Source: Raillietiella orientalis (Eukaryota). Taken from it: DNA of 64,000 nucleotides. Below the pieces are notes generated by a model. It ran no database searches and was not told where the DNA came from. It saw only the letters and a program-made list of their open reading frames with translations. The stretch spans positions 4,650,001 through 4,714,000 of the forward strand of contig JAYWIR010000005.1 in assembly GCA_036172245.1 (NCBI GenBank). Direction: 5' to 3'. The position numbers and the translations under genes were made by a program. Positions 27,061 through 39,200 of the stretch are shown here, piece by piece (positions within the stretch are counted from its first letter, which is position 1; each line of letters opens with the position of its first letter).

Positions 27061-27245
27061 CTCGTCGCCTCCCTTCTCTCCCAGGCTTGTCAGCAGGAGG
27101 GGAAAGGGTGAGAAGAGAGGGTGAGGCTCTCTCCCCCTCTTCTGGAGCCGCCCGCTGGACCCTCTCCGTGTCAATGACATCTCCAAGGCTCTCAGCTCCC
27201 GGTCTCACACTTTCGGAGAGCGTCTGCTCGTCGCTACCCGCCGCA

Positions 27246-30200
27246 ATGCGCCTCGGAGATCTCCTGAGCACGGTCCTCGCCGCTGCCTTGCTGCCCTGCT
27301 TCCCTCTCTTCGCTGCGGAAGCCTCCCGGAGGAACGCGAGATCTCGTGAGTAGCCTTCCTTTCCCATCGCTCTTCTGGGGAGGCTCCCCCCTCCCCTCCC
27401 CCTTCCCGGGCTTTTTCCGCTTCGACGGATCATCCATCGCCTGGCAGGACCAACGCTGCGCCGCGGCCGCTCGCTCCGCGGAGGCGTGCGCTCCCACTGC
27501 GCCGCTGAGAGGAGATGATCCCCAGGGGTGGTCCCCTTCTCCCCTCCTTTCCTCCTCCTCTGCTAGAGGAGCGCGTGCGCCCCCGCGTCTCGGGGGAGGG
27601 AGCAAGCGCTTCTCCCGGATGGACTCCCTGCGGAAGGAGTGCTCCTGGTGCTATACCGAGGGGACCCAGCCTCCGCTGTTGAGAGTGACCACTCTGGCAC
27701 CCTCTACCGGGGATCCGCGAGCAGCCCGGACGGCTTCACTTTCCGCCCTCCCCTTCCCGGAGGACCCCTGCCAGCGGACGGGAGGGAAGGAACGACTTTT
27801 CCCAGATGACTCCCCGCTGTTCGTGCGGAAGGAACTCCAAGTCTCCGAGAGTCACCCGGACCGAGCGGATCCTGGGCTGGTGAGGCCAGCGACACAGAAG
27901 GAGCGCCTCAGCATCCATCTGACCGCTTTTCTCAACAGAGGTCCGAGGAAGAGGAGGAGGAGGAGCTCGTCCCTTTGGCTTTTGCCACTCTCGCCATCCT
28001 GGAAGGCTCCTGGTTCCCTCCGAATCGTCTCCGGAGATCCCCGGGTCGTCTCTTTCATACCCCTTCTTCCTGGCTGTGAAGCTCCCTTCCCATCCGCGGA
28101 CGGCCGTCCCTCTGCTGCCCCGTCGATGGTCGCTCAGCCTTCCGAGAACCGGAGTCCGGGAAAGGGTGAGAGCCTCTTCCTTCCTCGTCGCTGACCTCAC
28201 CAGCCCAGGATCCCTGGAGTCACCCAGACCGAGCCCATGCCGCAAGGACGGGCGGAGTTCCTTCCGCTCCAGTAGCGGGAGATCATCCAGAGAAAGCCCT
28301 CCCCATCCCCTGGGCTCAGCAGCCATGCAGACCACTCCCGGGGGGACGATGCTGTGCCACTTGTCGTCGCCGCTGCCGCCGCGCGCAAAGGCCTCGTGGA
28401 TCGGCTAAGGGGCACGCACGCGCATCCGTCGGCGAGTGCGAGTACCTGCTGCCTCAGCGCACCAGACTGAGGGATTCCACTCGGCGCTTTTCCGGGAGAC
28501 GACGCGCGTGTAGAGGCTTGCGGAAGCGGGTGAAGCACGCAGTCTCTCTGCTTCCAGGTGCACGCGACTGTTGACATACGCGTACGCGACCGGCGCGAGG
28601 CCACGCCCCAATAGCAAGCAGAGCCCCTTCGGCTCCTCAAGGGGAAAGGCAGCCGAAATGGTGTGAGCAGAGGGGCTGCCTTCCGGGGACCTGCACCGAC
28701 ACTTGAGAGGTGCAGACGACGCCGGCTGCTCTGGCAGAGGCGGCCTTCCTCTTGGAGCGCCTCCTCCTCCCATGAGCATTTTGGGGTGGTCCACATTGCG
28801 TCCCTCGCGATGCCTTCGGCAGCTCCGATGCGGGCTGAGCGTCTTTCGCGTCGGCCAGGATTGCTGTCGCCAGTGAGCCCGGACGTCCATGAGCGAGCCT
28901 TTGGCTACACGGATCTGGCGGAGTTCGGTTTTGATGACGATCGTGGATGGTGGAGTGGGGGGAGGGGGCATGTCAGGAACGCGACAGGTCCAATTTCTAT
29001 GGAACAAATTGCGGAAATTGCATGGAATCTCTGTAGAACTCTCCGAACAGCAAGGAGGAGCTACCTTGGGGCAAGGTGGGAATTTTTTCCTGAAACCGAG
29101 GGAGAAGAGTCCAATCCGCCTGCCTCGAGGCTTTTCTTCATGTTAACGAAAGACCGCTGCCACATGCTTACAGAGGAAGAGTCGTCATCGCCCTCGTGTT
29201 CGGTATAACAGAGAGGGCGCGAGGCAGGATGAGTGCGATTCTGTGGCGAGGCGTGGTCGACCAGCGTCTGGATGACTAACCGTGCTTTGCGACGCGGCAG
29301 TCTGCAAGGTCGGTCACGTAATGACGCCTCCCGGACACATGTGTGTTCCGAATTGTTTGGGTTTCCTTTGTGCTCCGGGGGTTTAGTTGGAGCGATTCTG
29401 TTAGTCACGGCGGTGCTTGGCACACCCTCACTTCGAAAGGCGAATGGGGTTGGGATCTTCCTTCTGTGCAAACCCACCCTTCTGTAAGCCAGTTCTCGAA
29501 GGGTGAGGCCTTTGTGGAACGGATTAGCTGTTTTTCACCTATCGGTTCGAACCTGGCGTCTTTCGTTTGGGTCTCAGAGAAGGAGGGGGAGGGGAGAAAG
29601 TTGCGTATCTTTTCGCTCGATAGAGGAGAAGCACCTCTCTCTGTTTGGCCAGTGTCACTCTCCCGCTACAAGAGTCTTGTCGTTGCTCATGGAGATGATT
29701 GGGTTTCCGAGGTAAGCGTGCGCTGGGATTTGGGATGAAGAGTGCTCCCCTTTCCTGGGCCTGCCCCTTGATTCGTCTTCGCTTTGGAGGAGCTAGATGT
29801 TGTCTCCTGACGAGGTGAGGGATGAGTGCGCACGCCACTGGAATTCGAACTCGCGTCCTTCCTCTCGGCACGCTGGAGGGGTAGGGTCTTTCGTCACTGT
29901 CTCAAACGCACCGTCCTGAGGGTATACAAAGCATTGCTGTCGACCTGCTTGCGACTCGCCGATCTCGGACGACCTTTAGGTCGTTCGAGAGGATGTCCCG
30001 CAGCCGGTGCAGATTGGGGGATTGTGGGCGACGCAGTCAGCTTGCCGAGCTGGTTCGCGCACGTGCATTCCCGAAGTGTTTAGCTCTTGCAGGCCAGCAT
30101 TCGTGTGAGCGAAGAGGAAAGCTCGTGGTTCCCCTGCTTGCTGTCTTTTTATCCTTCTGGAATGCAAACGCCGCTCTGTCGCCTTCCCCCTCCCCTTCCT

Positions 30201-33200
30201 TTAGGACTAGGTCAAGTCGCACCGGCTGGTCAGGAAGCGCCGCTACTCTGGGAAGAACAGGGGGGAGAGAGAAAAGGAGGAGGGCGTGGGGGCGGAAGGG
30301 AAGGAGGGTTGTCATGGAGAATTCCTCCATGACTCAGGTGAAGCATGAGACGTGAAGCCCGCGCGGGCTGGCCCTGCGCAACCGTTTCCCCGGCGCTCAT
30401 TCTCGATGCCCGTGGAAGAGGATCGAGAACGAGGGGCTGGAGACGCCCTCCGGCACGACCAGCTCGTGTCTTCCGCTATTGCTCCCTCCCTAGTTTCCGC
30501 GCTGACGCTCATCCGGTTCGAGAACCACCTGTGCAGAGGACGCAGCCTGCTGGGCACCTGCGTGAGCCGCTCCCAGTGCACGGCTCAGAAGGGGATCGTC
30601 CTGGGTAGCTGCGCCCTGGGCATCGGAGTCTGCTGCGCCGGTATTTCTCTGCGGCACCGGCAGATGGGGGCAGGAGAGCTGCTATCCGCCACTTTCCAGT
30701 CATCCGGAAGCTCTGCGGAGATGTCGTCGGATTCAACAACACCTACTTCGTCAATCCGGAGGGCGAGTTCACCGGAGTCTGCCGCTCGGGGGTGCTCAAG
30801 ATGAACAGCCACATCCGCCAGTTCAGGTGAGGCGGGAGGCTGCACGCTCCGCGGATTCTCCGCCAGGGGAGAGAGGAGGGGAGGAAGCGCACGCCTCTCT
30901 GTGCCTCGGCGCCAGCGCAGCCCGCGATCCGCCAAGATGCCGGAAAAGGACCCAATTTAGGATTCTTTATTCCCGGGTCCCCCTTTTCCGGGTTCCCCTT
31001 CCCTGGAAGGCAGGAATTTCGCTCTCCGGAACAGCGAGGCTTCCCTTCTCCGTCCGCCCGACGCCAGCCGGAAGTCCTGCTCGCTCGCGGTGGCGCTCGC
31101 AGACGAGGGAAGTCGGTCGCTGGGAGAGAACGAGATCCCTGAAGGTTCCCGGGGGGAGGGGTGGGCGGGTTCTGGACATCGGACGCGAAGAACGGCCGAG
31201 GCGTGGCGGTTGCATGCCGGCGGCCATCTTTGAAGCTCCGAACGCAGAGAGAATTGTGCGAAAACCGCAGACGAATGGGGAGAGAAGGCGCAGCATCCGA
31301 GAACCTGTCCAAGAGTGAGAATGGGGGGGAATAGGAAGGGAGGATAGTAATCCACATTAAACAGTCATCAATTGATGGATGACGAACTCTAAAATCCAGC
31401 AGCCCGCAAGTCTGCACGGGGAGTTGATGGCCTTCGTTAAGAGCGCGGTTCCATGCTCGAAGAACTCGCTCATGGAGCGTTTAAGAAGAGGGGATTTCGT
31501 GTGCATCACCTCTTTCTGTTCCAGAAAGCATTCCTCGCCATCATAATGATTCATGAGTTATGATTTTTGTTTTTTTTTTACAAAAAAAAACACGTGCATC
31601 GGAATGCCGCTCAAGAAAGGGCGCGTGAGGTCCGAAGTGGCAGACCAGAGAGAGGGGTGGCGCTTCTGAAAGCGCCTGCAGACACAGACGCTTATTTTTG
31701 GTGCCTTCCTCTCTCCTGCGCCACGTTTCGTGGCGGCGGGATGCCGGAGGCGTTCATGAACACGCATTCATGGGCGTCCGGCCGTTTGCGATCCCCACGT
31801 CGGTGCTCCCAGAGCGCGGCCTCCCCAGAGTCTTGGAAGGTTCAGGGACCACAGCGAACAGATCCCGGGGCGCCCACACTCCCAGGGATGGAGCCGTTCA
31901 AGACTGTCGGTCCCCTGAAGACTTCTTGCACGGTGGTCCTCGGTCTGGGTCTCGGAGGAGCTGCCAATCATGCTGCGAAAACGAATTTGATCCCATGGGC
32001 GGAGGGCCCTCGTTACAAGGTCCGCTGGCGATTCGCGGGCCGCGGAATGGCAAGAGGATCGGATAGCGAGGTTCGAGGGAGGCTGGAGACAAAAGCCGCC
32101 AGAGCGGGGACCTGTAGACCCACTCGACTCGCCGTTGTCTGCCTCCCTTCTTCGAGAAGCATCGTCCGTTGGTTAAAGCGCAGGTCATCATGCCACCGTT
32201 TCCTTCCCTTCTCCATTTCTGGTCCTGTACTTTCTCCTCTGGCCTCCAATAAGATCGCTGCTTTAAAGATGACTCTCCGCTGGCAAACGGAAGCGGTAGC
32301 TTTCTCCAAACATCGTGGAGAAAGACACCCCAGGCTGAGGAGAGCATCTGAAAGCTCTAGTTAGCTACCCCAGGCTACGGGGAGTCTGCCACTGATTAGC
32401 AGAGAGGAATGGACATTGGGATCCTACGTCTTCCTTGGTCTTCCATATCCTCGTTCTCCTGGCTTTCAGCTATGCCAAAGGGATTTCTGATAAGTGGTCC
32501 GCCCCTGGGGCATCGTTGCACTTCCCAAGCTCCATCCTCTCAGGACAGGAGTTTCGACATGGAGGGTGAATCCAAAAAGTCGCTTCCCACGTCCAAGGCT
32601 CCGGTATTGCCCTCTCTTGAGGAGGTGTCCTCAATTCTGAGATCGTCCGAACACAAGATGGGACCAAAACCCTTTTCAGAGGATCGGCAGTCCGCGCTTC
32701 GTCGGAATGCGGGCCTTTGGTGCATTTCCTGGAGCGCGGAGCGTCCCTCCGAAGGGTGAGCCATTGGCATGGCGTCGGGATAGACATCGCCACGGTTGCT
32801 CCGCTTGAAAAGAATCTGGGGATTACGGGAGGACGTGCAAGGGTAAGGGATATTCGGTTTCCGGCCGTTTATTCGACCACCTGCGCCGCTGTTGAGCTCC
32901 TATAGCGAAGGCTGGTCCACGACGGATGCTGAAAGGATGAGAGTGCTCTCTTACGACGGGAAGTCTGTCTGGCGGCTTTGCCGCGCGCCACTCAAACCTC
33001 CGGCCCTCACCCCTTCGGCGAAACCGAGCTCTCTTGAATTCCTGCGGAGGAAGCAAGTTTTCAGCCGAGAGGCCCAACGTCCAACGCGGCCGCCGGTAGC
33101 GCGCGAACGGAGCGGTCTCAGTAGCTGAACACCTCTTTCTCCGAGTTCTCTTTGCCACCGAATCCCCATCTTTCGTACCTCCGATCACTGCTGATGCATC

Positions 33201-36200
33201 TGCCACACCACCGCATCCGACGTTGACGACGCTCAGCATGAAACTCCATCTTGCTGCCGGTGGTTCTCAGGACCCTCCGATGCTCTGCCGGCAGGTGAAT
33301 CCTTGCGCGCCACTGCGCTGCCTGAGGGTCACATCTGCCTGCTCGAGTTCGCGCGTCGCGTGGCGCCCAAGGCAGGTCTTCCTGAGGCTCGCCCTTGCCA
33401 TCTCGGAGCGTCTCCGTGACCTCAGCTTCCAGTGAACCTACCGGCCGTGCTGGATGCCTAAACCTCTCTCCATAGAAGTCGCTCGCTCCCTTCACCGTGC
33501 TGCCCCCCCCCCCCCCACGCAATGAATGGCATGGTTGTTGATTTCAGTTCGGAGTTTCCTTGGGTCTTTCTGGTTCTCCATCGTTGCTTCCGGAGCGTTC
33601 GCTTACCGAATGCCTGAAGTACTCTCAGCTTCCGGTGATACCGCCAGTCCTGAAGATCATCTGGGGCTGTGCCTTCGCACGGAAAAGGTGATTTCGTGAT
33701 TCCTGTTGGGCGGACAAGGCCAGGGAAAGCAAGGATTTCTCGAGATTTCAACACTGAACCGGTTCGCCCGTGCGCAATCGACGGCCGTGAGTCTCTGTGG
33801 GTAGTTCGTGAACATCCGCTGAGCAGGCGGAGGGGACGCTCACCATCCAGCCCTGTCCATCCTCTTTTTCTGTTGGCACGAGGTCGTGGCATCATTTGCA
33901 AGAGCTCTCCGTTCACGCCCGCGTTCAGTTGGCGCCACTTCCTCTTGGTACTCGACGCTCTGGGAGATCCTTTCATCATGTCCCAGCCTGTGGTCCCAGT
34001 AGAAATCGAGACCGTGTCGGATAGCAGAGGCAACCGTTGGCAGTTCCATTTTGCCGTGATATTTTCAGCCGTCGCGCGGCCTCTTTCATTTTGGGGGACT
34101 CCGAAGGGTTAACTGCCCTGGCCCCGAACGTGCATGGCCAGCGGGGAGGAAACGCGGCCCTCGCGTTTGGTTTCTTTTCTTTCTCGTGCACTTTCGAGGG
34201 GGGTTCTCCGCAAGGTGAGCGCGTAACGACCGCGATGGTCCATTCTTGTCGCCGCGCTCAGTGGCAGATCCGGGAGGAGATGGGGAGGTCACCTCGAGCT
34301 TTTCGCCGTCGGCTCTCGATTGCTGGAAGCCCTGGTTCCCACCTGTCGTCCTTGAAGGCGGGTAGAAATTCCCGTGTTTTTTTGGAGCTGGGCGCTTGGG
34401 AACCCTGCTACGACGGACCAATCGGAACTCGGTCCTTTTTCGCGCCAAACCGAGTCGCCATCTATTGGAGCATTTTGGTGAAATGAATGTGTTGCCTAAT
34501 CAAAGTTGCCCTTGAAACTTGTGATTTTGACTTCGGTTTTTTTCTCTTGTGTGCGTCGTTGCCCTTGTCTACAATCAACTACGGACTGTAGAACGAAGTC
34601 GGATGGGGAAATTGATGAGCGACTCATGCGATACCATCCTCAGACGCACGTGCAGTGGCAGGCAGACCTACGCTAAAATGCTACTCATTCCGGCATGTGA
34701 GAGCAGCTTCCGAAAGCGCGCAGGTATCACGGAAGCTCGCAATTCCTGTTCGACCAAGGCGTGCTTCTTCGGGAAGGAAATCCAAGAAACACTCCGCAGA
34801 GAGCTGATGGGCTTGCAGACTCGCTGATAACAGATGGATGAATGTCCATTTGCTATTCTTTGCATGTTTCTCTCCTTTGCTGATAACTGATGATGGAATC
34901 AAATGGCGGTTCCAGTGACAAGTCGATCCCCCCTCCCCCCCCCCCCCCAAAAAAAAAAAAAAAAAAATATTTGCACATTTTCGTGTGTTTTCTTGTCGTT
35001 GCTGTCCAAGAAGACAAGCGTGGATACCTCGGGAAGGCCAAGGCCATGTTCCCGTCCGGAAAACCAGAGTCGGATCTTCGAGACCACGAAATTCGAGTGC
35101 TCTGTGACAGCTGGTTCGCTGGTTCCCTTTTGTAGTCCTGTTCCGCGAGGAACTCATCCTGGTCGGCGCTTCCCTTCGTGCTGGCTGCGCTTTCACTGTA
35201 ACACCGGAAGGCCGTTCTCTCTCTGCGCGCTCACGCACGCGTTGCGAGGGAGTTGCAGGTAGCTGATCTCGATCACACCGGAAGCACACCTGCTCTTCAC
35301 TTCGTGGTGGAGTCTCGAGATGAAAGAGCATTGCTATGGATGTCCGTATGGGGGAGGCTGGAATGCCGAAGAGAAAAGGTTGGTTTGCTACGCGGAGATG
35401 CGACGGCCATGATGCTGTGTCACGTAAACTCTGGACACGGAGAGTTCGCGGATGATCCGGAAAAAATCCGCCCGAGGGTCGGAAACGATAACCTTTCGTT
35501 GACTTTCCGACGCTCGCCTATTCGGCGAAAAAGCCTTCGATGTAAGCAAATTTTCTTTCCGCAAGAGTGCAGGCAGATCAGGGGAGGTTCTTCTTCCGTG
35601 GTGCACAATAAAGGCCACGTGATCAGGCAAAGAAACGAGGGTGGATTCAAAGAACGCGCGTCGCCCTGCAAGAACTTGTGCCTCGTTGGAACGCTCGAAG
35701 AGTGCCTCTCTAAAGATCAGCGGAGCGCCGTCCAGTTCCAAGACCTGACAGGAGCGAAGTCACGTCCGAGGGTTCTTTCCCCTCGTCCGGGTCGATCGAG
35801 TTTTGCCCGGCGTCGTTTTCGCGCCTTCATAGGGTTGTTCCGCAGGTGCTGCACCCTGCCCAAAGTCCCCACCAGTCACTGCTAGGGCTCAGCCTGCTTT
35901 GTAAGGGGGGCAGCGACGCTCCGAGCTTCCTCGAGCAGTTTCCTCCCTGCGGCCCTAGCAGCCCGGGTCGTAGCCCGGTACGGTTGATGCGCGCGCGAGG
36001 AGGGCGTGCGGTTTCCGTCGCCACGCTTTCTAGTATTCGGCCGCCGCACGGAGTCCGTTGTGCCCTCCGCCTGCAGGCGGGCGGCCAACGGGAGGCTTCC
36101 AAAGAGGAAGTGGACGCTAGCTTCCCTCCCTCTCCTTCCAAGCCGCCGCACCGCTCCTTTGCTTCCCGGAAGAACCCCGCCAGCGTACAACGCTGCTGCA

Positions 36201-39200
36201 ACAGTGCGCTGCCGGGTCTTCCGTATGCCCGTCATTTCGCCCGTTCGCGGTATCCGGTTGTGCCGCAGGCAGCAGCACAACCGCACCCGAGGTCCACCAT
36301 CCACCTTCCGGACGCAGGCCCCCAGGCTTTGGGTCTCTTTCCCGCCGAATTTCCCACAGTGGGTGTCCCTAAGGTCGAATGCAACGAGGAAGGAGAGGAG
36401 ACGCGCCCTCGTGCGAGCGGCTTCGCTTTTGGCGTTGTTCGGATCCCCACATCGGCCCTACCGGTCTTTCCGGGAGTCCGGCTTTCCACAGCACACGCAG
36501 TGGCGACCCGCCGCCGTCGTACTGGGCTTCCTCGACCTGCCCGATGTCCTCTCGAGACCGGTCCAGACCTCTTCCTTCATCGAGAGGAATTTCGTTGCCG
36601 CTTGTGCCCTCGGAAGTGCAGCGTCATCTTCTCCCATCCCTTCCGGCTCTTTCGGAACCTCTTCCGTCACGGGTGGCCACTCGTCCTCTGCTTCCGGTGG
36701 GCACTCCCTGGAGTGGTGAGCATCCGAGAAAGTTGCTTCCCTCTCAGGTGCGCTGTTCCCGCCAGGAGGTGCAGAACTACTGCTCGCCCGTTCTCACCTT
36801 CTGCGGCGTCTTCCGCCCAGTCCCAGGTGGTCGGGTGCTCGCGCAGGCTGAAGTCTGAGTCGCAGATGCAACCGGCGACTAGTGGACTTTGCGCCACCTT
36901 GGCGGTTTGTCTTCGCGCAGTCCTCCACTGGTGGCTGCGGTCTCAAAGAGATTTCCTCCGTCTGGGCTGGGGATGGTCCACTGTGAGTGCTGGATGCTGG
37001 AACGCGGCATTTTCCTCTTGGTGTTTCTCCAGCCGGCGCTCGGCGATCTACAGTTCTCTTCGTGCTTCGTCGTTTGCCATGCCCCGTGCGCCCAGGGACA
37101 CTGTGCGACCGTTACTACGACGGATCATCAAGGAAATGCATCCTCTTTCATTGCCTTGTCCTCCCCGGAATTCGTCTTCCCGCTTCCTGCTGGCGGATAG
37201 GAGAGACGTGTGGAACCTGGGTGCGACCCAGGCTGCTTTGACTTCTTGTTCTTCCGCATGTGCGCAAGCACTCTCTTGGACGCAAACCCAAAAGGCAGCC
37301 ATCCACGGACACCGCCATCGACCTATTCCTTCACGAGCCACGTGTTTGTGGTAACTCAGCACTCTGTCGTTCAGCAAAGACCTTCAACGTATTGCAGTTT
37401 TTCTTTCTACAAGAAATGCAGGGCAGATCAGGAAAGATTCCTCTTCTGCGTCTGTTCCGATGAAACCTCCTTCCGTCATTGCCAGGGGCTTTCAATGCCA
37501 TCTCTGCAATTTGCAGGGTTCCCTCTGAGTTTGCGAACTTGCAATCAGCCCAGTGCTGCCATGCCGCCTGCTAGCGCGACAACGGAGTGGTCCTCTCGGA
37601 AACCCGCCTCAATGTACAAGATGGACTGCTTAAAATCGGTCCGGCCCGAAGCTGTTCCCTCGCAGGGCGATCATTGGCCTTCGGGCTGATCTCTTGCGGT
37701 GAGTCGCGACCGCGAATCCGATGTCGAGACGTTTCCAAGTGCCTCATCGTGTAGCTTGCCGCGGCACTGTCTGCACTCCCTCATCGAGGTTTTGGGATTC
37801 CCACTCGTCCTTCTGATTGCTCCAGCCATCCCGTGGAGTCGCTCCTCGTGTGGTGGGGGCGGTGGGCACTCGTGCTAGGACTGCTTCCGCACGCTTCGGA
37901 AGGTTCTGGTCAAACACCGCCGCCCTCTGTGTTTTGCCAGTCGGAGAGGGGAGGAGGAGGAGGAGATGGAGGGAAGAGGAATCGGCTCCTCTCCCCTTCC
38001 CAGCTATGTGGCGGATTCGAGCCGGTTCGGCGAGTCGCGTGCCCTTGGAGAGAGCGGCGTCCTCGGTTCCGCACGGAGCATGCGCGGATGCGTCAATGCG
38101 AGAACCGAGAGATCACGTGATCGCTACCGGTCGCTGCTAGACCTTCTCGGCCGAGCTGTTGAGTCGCTTCTGTCTCTCTCTCTGTTTTGTTTTGTTTGTT
38201 TGATTTTCCTTTTTCGCTTCTCTTCTCTTTGAAGGTTGTTTTTTGCATCCTTCGTGCTGGACCAACCCGACTCCCAAGGCCTTTGCTCCGTCGACAATCT
38301 GACCCTTCTCTCCGAGTCAGCGCTACTGAGGACGCCTGCAATCTGCGGATTCAACACGGGACAGCACAGTGAGTGATGACGGTGCGCTCCCGTCCGCCCC
38401 AGAGCGGCGATGACGTCATGAGCTCAGCGCCCGCCTCCAGCGGCAGCGAAGTCTCGAAGCCCGCAGAGACCAGGGGCGCGCGGAGTCGGACCACTCGCGT
38501 TTTCCGGAGGGGAAAAGGTTTGGCCCCCAGCACTGGAGAGGGGCAAAAATGGCGGTCCTTCCCTCGTCACATCGTCCCCTCTAAACTTGCGAGATGGACC
38601 GGACCGGGAGTCAGGGCTACTCCCTGAAGAACCTGGGAAGACCCTGCCTCTCGTAGGGCACTTTCCCTTCGGCCTCGAGCACGGCACGCGGTTGCAGGGG
38701 AGGTGGAGGAGGGGGAGCGGGCGTTTCGCCCTCAGAAGGCCCCACAGGGGCATCTCTGGGGCGGAACGAGGAAGGAAGGGATGGGGAGGATGCGAACTGC
38801 CGTCTTGGAGGGAGAGGGAGGAGGGGCCCTGGGAAGGCGTCCTTCCTGCTGGGGGCGATCCCCCTCCTCCAAGCGAAGTGGAGCGCAGAGTAGTGAGCGG
38901 GCAGGGTTGCCAGCTGTCAGTGCCGAGGAAGCGACTCTTCGTATTCCCCTTCGCTTCGTGGTTCTGAACTCTTCGTGGTTCGCCGGAGGGACGCAGGGAC
39001 TCCTCCAGCGGCCAACGACGCGCCTCCTCGCAGACCTCACAGCCGCCACCTCACGAGTTTTCATCTTCCCCTTCGAGTCCCTCCAAGGCGGGCTGCCTGC
39101 CTCCGCCTTAAGCCCTTCCGCAGCTGTGGGCAGCCACCTCCCCGGGGACCAACCCACACCAGGGTCCCCCCTTCCTCCCTCCTCTCTTCCTCCCATCCCG

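Noticed and set aside
35846..37354. Longest ORF in the track (502 aa, plus strand)
   Set aside because: It is Arg/Pro/Ala-rich with no domain motif and lies antisense to the copia gag/protease remnant, so it is a shadow ORF of GC-rich DNA.
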